This document shows positions 59,386 through 64,000 of a stretch of 64,000 nt of DNA, one piece after another. The translations under genes and the position numbers were made by a program. The notes under the pieces were generated by a model, which was not told the origin of the DNA, did no database searches, and saw only the letters and a program-made list of their open reading frames with translations. The DNA is from Pyrodictiaceae archaeon (GTDB lineage Archaea; Thermoproteota; Thermoprotei_A; Sulfolobales; Pyrodictiaceae): the NCBI GenBank assembly GCA_027036135.1, contig JALVSY010000007.1, forward strand, positions 836,880 to 900,879, given 5' to 3'. Positions within the stretch are counted from its first letter, which is position 1. The number at the start of each line of letters is the position of its first letter.

Positions 59386-62300
59386 TTGGGCTTGGCTCGG
59401 AGGGATGTTGAGAAGAGCCGTGTTCTCGGGGGCACCCATTATGTTGGCTGGGTTCGTCTAAGGCCACGCCTCGGCTATGAGAAGGAGTTTGCGCAGCTCG
59501 TGGCTATGAGCCCACATGTTGTGCTGGAGGCTCATCGGCTCGGGGACAGGCTCGAGTTCTATGCATGGATACGCGACATTGCGTTGCCGCTGCTTAGGCG
59601 CAGGGCTAGCGTGGAGCCCGTCGAGGAGCCTCCGCCTCTCACGCAGAAGTGGGTAGCCGAGCTACGGGCTCCGAGCGATGCCTGGGAGACTGGGGTCGAG
59701 GTCAGTGAGGCCTGGCTATCGGTATATGACTGGCTCTTGCCAGGTGAGGCGGTGCAGATTGTAGGGTTCTACGATATGAGGACGCACCGGGAACTCGCCA
59801 AGAAGGCTAGGCATTATAGGCTAGGCGAGAAACCGGAGCTGAAGGGGCTGGGGCCCCTCGAGTACCACAAGAAGGACCCGGATAGGGCAAGGCATCTCTC
59901 CCAGCTAAGCACTAAGAGGATCTACATAACAGCTGTCAGGTTCTACGCCGATGACAAGAAGCGTGTCAAGGAGCTCGGGGAGAGGGCTGCGGGCTTCTTC
60001 ACTCCGGCCCTCAGGGCTAGGGTGTCGAGGAGAGGGAACCTGGCCAAGCTGCGGGACCCCATGAGTCTCATGGGCAGGTTTCACCCCAGGAAAGAGTACC
60101 CCTGGATACCCCAGGATAGCTTCATGAACCTTGTGCGCCTCCCGCGGCCCGACGAGGTATCGGCCCGCCTCGACTTCGCCCGGGGCGCCGCCCTACCCCA
60201 GGTAGCTCCGAGGCCCCGGGGGCTGTGTATCAGGCTGGGGGAGCTGGAGAACGGCGAAGAGTACTGCCTGCCCCTCGAGGAGCTCCAGCGTCACGCATGG
60301 GTGATAGGCCAGACTGGCTCCGGCAAGTCCACGTTTCTCTGGAATCTCTCCCTAAGGCTGCTCGAGAAGGGCCGGGGAGCCGTAGTCGTCATCGACCCTC
60401 ACGGCGACCTCGCCTTCGACGTCCTCGAGTCGGCTCCACGGCTTGACCGCGTCTACCTTCTCGACCCTATGCGGAAACCCTTCGGCCTCAATCCTCTCGA
60501 CCTTCCTCGGCTCCCTGACCGGGGCCAGGCCGTGGCCCTCGCTGTGGACCACCTGATCACGATCTTCGAGAAGGTGCTGCGGTTGCCCGAGACGGCTGTG
60601 AATGTTCGCTACCTGTTACAGGTGCTCCTAAGATACATGTACGAGAGGATGGATTCCCCGACGCTGGGCGACGTCTATGCAGCGATAGTGGCGCTGTATC
60701 ATGGGCAGCTCGACCTACCTGTCGAGGACCCGGAGTGGCGGGTACAGGTTGAGGCACTGCAGCGGCTCCAGGATCAGACGTTCTTAAGTGCCCTCTCGAG
60801 GCTCGAGCCCTTCGCCAACCACCCCATACTTAGGAGGATAACCTCCCGGACCACGGTGCCTCTCGAGGAGGTGTTGCGGCCTGGTAGCCTGGTGCTGATT
60901 CGGCTCCCTAAGGGCGAGCTGGGCGAGTCCGTGCTCCGGCTCCTCGCGCCAGCCATAGTGCTCCGCCTATGGTTTTACGCCCTGGAGCGCGCGGCCCGCG
61001 GCGAGGAGAGGGCCCCGATCTATGTCGTCATAGACGAGTTCCAGAACCTCGCTGGGCTCCCCGTCGTGGAGACCATTCTCTCGGAGGCCCGTAAATACGG
61101 CCTCCACCTCGTCATGGCTCACCAGCATACCAAGCAGTTGCCCGAGGAGCTGCTCCAGAGCGTATTCAGCAACACTGGTGTCAAGGTGGTGTTCAGGGTG
61201 GGGGGCCAGGACCTCGAGAAGCTGAAGCAGCTAGACCCCGAGTTCGCCCAGGAGCTCGGCAAGGTTCTCGCAAGCCTCACTACTGGCCGCGCAGTGGTGA
61301 AGCGCTCTGGGCTCCCCGGCGAGGAGCCGCCGCCCCCAGCGCTGGTGAAGACCGATCCACCGCCGCGTAGACGGCTCAGCAACATAGGTGTAGTCGACAA
61401 GCTGCCCAGCTTCGCACCGCCCCCCGAGGAGCCCGGGGTCGATATAGTTGCTAGGCTGAACCCGGTGCTTCGTTATCTCCCAAGGGATAGGCTTGACCCG
61501 GTTGAGGCCTGGGTCTTGTTCCACGTCTATGAGGCGACGGAGGGTGGTTCCCGGGAGGAGCTGTGGAGTAATGTCTTGGTTCGGCTGGGGCTGCCGCGTA
61601 GCCGTGCCGATGAGGCCCGGAACAGTCTCGCGTCTAGGGGGTTGATCGAGGCGCGTAGGGAGGGGAACCGGTGGCTTGTTCGCTACGTGCGGGGGCTCTT
61701 TGAGGGTCTCCGCCAGGTTGCCCCGAGCGATGAGGGCTATGGTCTTGCTAGGCGTGCTCTGCTCTACTACTTCTCGAGGGGCTACGTGGTGTACCCTGCG
61801 AGGCAGGATCCTGGTTTGCCGGCGAGGCCGGATCTCGTGGCTATACCCTTTGACCCCTCCGGCATGAGCCTGAGGTACGATAGGGCGGTTGCGGTTGAGG
61901 TTGAGTCTTGTAACGAGCTCGGGACTCACCCTGAGCAAGTGATCCGGAACCTCCTCAAGCACTCCGGGGACGTGTTCGCGGAGGTCCACTTGTGGGCGCC
62001 GCTGGGCTGCAGGGGGAGGCTCGTGGAGATCCTCGCAAGGGTGGAGGGCAGGCTGCCGCTGCCGGTCAGGGTGATGCCGGAGGAGGAGCGCTCCGAGGCT
62101 GGCCATGGCGGCGGGCGCGCCGAGGCCGCCGGCATCGCTGGTGGTGCCGCTTCGCCTGCCCCCGCGGCTGCTGGTGGTGTTGCTGATGTCGGTGCTGGCG
62201 TGGCTGGCGGCGTCGAGGAGGAGGCTGTCGAGGGGGAGGCGCCGGGGGAGCAGCGCGTCGAGGGCGCTGGCGTCGGGGAGAAGCCCGTGGATGGGCAGCC

Positions 62301-62799
62301 TAGGGCTGGTGGGGAGCCTGGGGATCCCGGGCTGAGGCGGCTCTTGGAGGCCCAGGCCGAGCTGCTCGCGGCGATGGGCAAGGCCCAGGCGGAGATCCTC
62401 CAGGCCCAGAGGACCAGCCAGGAGAAGCTCAACAGGCTACTAGAGCTCCAGGAGCGCCAGACCCGGCTCCTAGAGCAGATGATAACCCTCCTAGAGCAGC
62501 TAGCCCGGAACAGACGGCACCGGGAAAGCACGCACGGAGAGATCACAGAGCCAGAGGAACCACCCAGAGACACGGAGACACCAGCAGGGACACCGGGGGA
62601 AGCCGGGAAGCCAGAGCAGCCAGACGGGCAGACATGCATCCCGGTAGAGCTAGACGAGCCCCCAGGCCAAACGGCCTGCCTACCGCCACAGGTGGCCCGG
62701 CTAGCAAACCAGTACCGCAAACAAGGCTACAAGCTAACCCAAACCCCAACCGGCAGAATATACGCAACCCGCAGAAACCGCCGAATCCCCCTATACTAG
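59386..62799 (+). CDS. TraG/VirD4/HerA-like conjugation ATPase with C-terminal wHTH, PD-(D/E)XK-like domain and coiled coil
   Basis: HAWVIGQTGSGKST, VIDPHGD, NPLD, VVIDEFQN, SEARKYGLHLVMAHQ; RPDLVAIP..AVAVEVES; low-complexity linker and Gln-rich coil. Confidence 0.85.
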   Translation: MGLARRDVEKSRVLGGTHYVGWVRLRPRLGYEKEFAQLVAMSPHVVLEAHRLGDRLEFYAWIRDIALPLLRRRASVEPVEEPPPLTQKWVAELRAPSDAWETGVEVSEAWLSVYDWLLPGEAVQIVGFYDMRTHRELAKKARHYRLGEKPELKGLGPLEYHKKDPDRARHLSQLSTKRIYITAVRFYADDKKRVKELGERAAGFFTPALRARVSRRGNLAKLRDPMSLMGRFHPRKEYPWIPQDSFMNLVRLPRPDEVSARLDFARGAALPQVAPRPRGLCIRLGELENGEEYCLPLEELQRHAWVIGQTGSGKSTFLWNLSLRLLEKGRGAVVVIDPHGDLAFDVLESAPRLDRVYLLDPMRKPFGLNPLDLPRLPDRGQAVALAVDHLITIFEKVLRLPETAVNVRYLLQVLLRYMYERMDSPTLGDVYAAIVALYHGQLDLPVEDPEWRVQVEALQRLQDQTFLSALSRLEPFANHPILRRITSRTTVPLEEVLRPGSLVLIRLPKGELGESVLRLLAPAIVLRLWFYALERAARGEERAPIYVVIDEFQNLAGLPVVETILSEARKYGLHLVMAHQHTKQLPEELLQSVFSNTGVKVVFRVGGQDLEKLKQLDPEFAQELGKVLASLTTGRAVVKRSGLPGEEPPPPALVKTDPPPRRRLSNIGVVDKLPSFAPPPEEPGVDIVARLNPVLRYLPRDRLDPVEAWVLFHVYEATEGGSREELWSNVLVRLGLPRSRADEARNSLASRGLIEARREGNRWLVRYVRGLFEGLRQVAPSDEGYGLARRALLYYFSRGYVVYPARQDPGLPARPDLVAIPFDPSGMSLRYDRAVAVEVESCNELGTHPEQVIRNLLKHSGDVFAEVHLWAPLGCRGRLVEILARVEGRLPLPVRVMPEEERSEAGHGGGRAEAAGIAGGAASPAPAAAGGVADVGAGVAGGVEEEAVEGEAPGEQRVEGAGVGEKPVDGQPRAGGEPGDPGLRRLLEAQAELLAAMGKAQAEILQAQRTSQEKLNRLLELQERQTRLLEQMITLLEQLARNRRHRESTHGEITEPEEPPRDTETPAGTPGEAGKPEQPDGQTCIPVELDEPPGQTACLPPQVARLANQYRKQGYKLTQTPTGRIYATRRNRRIPLY

Positions 62800-62819
62800 G
62801 GTGAATACCCGCGCCCGCC

Positions 62820-62907
62820 GCCCATACGCCACCCATACACCAGCCGTAAGCCAGCCGTACGGCGCCCGCGCTCCAGCCGTGAGGCAGCCATACGGCTACC
62901 ATGCACC
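62820..62907. repeat. Eight in-phase degenerate 11-bp tandem repeats (iteron/centromere-like)
   Basis: gcccatacgcc acccatacacc agccgtaagcc agccgtacggc gcccgcgctcc agccgtgaggc agccatacggc taccatgcacc. Confidence 0.75.
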
Positions 62908-63113
62908 GGCCTCTGGGCGCGTCTATCCTCCTCTACCATTCTCTGGACGCGCCTAGACGTACCTAGACGTACACTGTCGTGCTCTGCCGCTCTCCTCCGC
63001 CCTGGGGCGTAGCAGCACTATCCTCGGAACGGCTATGCTTTACATTATTGCACTGTCTATAGCAGCTATTGTTTTCTCCCGGCTCTAGGCTACCTAGCGG
63101 AGGTGGAGCCCGG

Positions 63114-63422
63114 GTGCCGCGTGGAAAACGAAACCCCCTGGATGACATAGACATAGAGGAGTGGCTCCGCAGCCTACCCCCGTGGAAGCGGGAGGCGCTA
63201 CGACGCCTAGCCCGGGGCGAGAAGCTCTACACAATGGACATAGTAAGGATAGCAGGCACCCCGTACAGCACCGTGATAAAATGGCTACAACGCCTAGAGA
63301 CCCGAGGCATACTCAAAAGCCGCAGAGTAGGCTTCCAAAACAAGAAGACATGGATAATGAAAGAACCCTACCGCAAACCCATCCTAGAAGCACTAGAGAA
63401 GCTAGGCCAGGAGCAGAGCTAG
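63114..63422 (+). CDS. Winged-helix (ArsR/TrmB-like) regulator
   Basis: YTMDIVRIAGTPYSTVIKWLQRLETRGILKSRRVG; GTG after GGAGGTGG. Confidence 0.78.
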   Translation: MPRGKRNPLDDIDIEEWLRSLPPWKREALRRLARGEKLYTMDIVRIAGTPYSTVIKWLQRLETRGILKSRRVGFQNKKTWIMKEPYRKPILEALEKLGQEQS

Positions 63423-63543
63423 CAGCCTATTTTGCGCATGGTTTCTCCCGGCGCGGGTTAGGGTATTGGGGTGGGGTTCTCCAGGGATGCATGGTATGCG
63501 GGTTAGGGGTGTTGTCTCGTTCCAGCCGGTGGAGGGTTTCTCT

Positions 63544-63575
63544 GGGAATATGCGGGACTATTCCCGCATATTCCC
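63544..63575 (-). repeat. Perfect 14-bp hairpin, probable IS200/IS605 right end / omegaRNA terminal stem
   Basis: GGGAATATGCGGGA-CTAT-TCCCGCATATTCCC just downstream of the tnpB stop. Confidence 0.75.
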
Positions 63576-63604
63576 TTCATTGTTCCCCCGCTTGGGTCGG
63601 GTTC

Positions 63605-64000
63605 TCATCCCCGCACAGCGGGGGCTATCAGGGCTCCATCTTGAACCCTCTGGGAGCCCCTCATCCGCGTGAGGCCCCTTAGCGCTAGGTTCCAAGCCGC
63701 TATGGTATCCCTTGTCGTGACAACATTGTTTGGTAGAAGCACCCAACGATAGTTCAGCCGCTTAACTGGGCCTATTGGCGATGTCTTGCTGGTGTCTCTC
63801 GCTGAAACATAGACTGCCCTTAGTCCTCTCCACGCCGCCTTGTACTCTATGAACTTTTGGAGCCGCCTGTAGGCTAGCTGCGTGAAGAGCCACGCTAGTT
63901 TATCGCTCCTCTCCGAGGCACGGCTTTTCAATCCCTTCAGGTTCTCCAGGACTATGAGAGAGTCGTACTTGTCCGCTATCTCTACTAGCTTCTTGGCTAC
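63605..64000 (-). CDS. tnpB: IS200/IS605-family TnpB RNA-guided nuclease (C-terminal part; runs off window)
   Basis: LIVLENLKGL (RuvC-II), AYRRLQKFIEYKA, TSKT, RDTIAAWNLA (RuvC-III). Confidence 0.9.
   Translation of the reverse strand, partial: VAKKLVEIADKYDSLIVLENLKGLKSRASERSDKLAWLFTQLAYRRLQKFIEYKAAWRGLRAVYVSARDTSKTSPIGPVKRLNYRWVLLPNNVVTTRDTIAAWNLALRGLTRMRGSQRVQDGALIAPAVRG

Larger units (their letters stand above)
49514..64000. mobile_element. tRNA-Asn-integrated conjugative-type element (pNOB8-like ICE/plasmid); continues beyond window
   Basis: Starts right after the tRNA; housekeeping genes stop; visibly GC-richer from ~51 kb; TA modules, RHH/AbrB/wHTH genes, TraG/VirD4-like ATPase, IS605 tnpB. 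Integrase and second att not in window. Confidence 0.8.

Noticed and set aside
61231-62902. Long antisense ORFs (291, 264 and 119 aa) over the ATPase
   Set aside because: Shadow ORFs of GC-rich coding sequence; low complexity and no motifs.
62820-62907. Mini-CRISPR
   Set aside because: Units are 11 bp, contiguous and degenerate, with no spacers.

Overview
Chromosomal window of a hyperthermophilic crenarchaeon. Cren7, L35Ae, TFE, aTrm56, PAN and the gene order suggest Desulfurococcales, probably Pyrodictiaceae-like; this is an inference. Positions 1-49.4 kb are mostly housekeeping genes: a CBS cluster, taw3, phoH-KH, pan, mbf1-hflX-trm56-tfe-C5 MTase, ahcY, tRNA-Ile2(CAU), creN7, mvk, folE, ppa, a TGT-like gene, feoB, gdhA, gyaR, dut, queD, nrdJ-thyX, vapBC and an aglH-like gene. 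This part also holds about seven candidate box C/D guide sRNAs and a polar amino-acid ABC operon broken by five homopolymer frameshifts. Immediately after tRNA-Asn(GTT) (49438-49513) a mostly GC-richer integrated element begins and runs off the window end. It carries three tandem mosaic double-AbrB genes, a Panacea/SocA-PIN pair, a second PIN module, several small regulators and a TraG/VirD4-like ATPase fused to a PD-(D/E)XK-like domain. It also contains a phased 11-bp repeat array, several palindromes and an inserted IS200/IS605 tnpB. The most notable feature is an operon encoding an ArcS-core (DUF5591-like) protein next to an HTH-fused DpdA/TGT-fold protein. This is a candidate 7-deazaguanine (archaeosine-type) DNA-modification system on a crenarchaeal conjugative-type element. 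All calls come from motif recognition by eye; no database searches were run.
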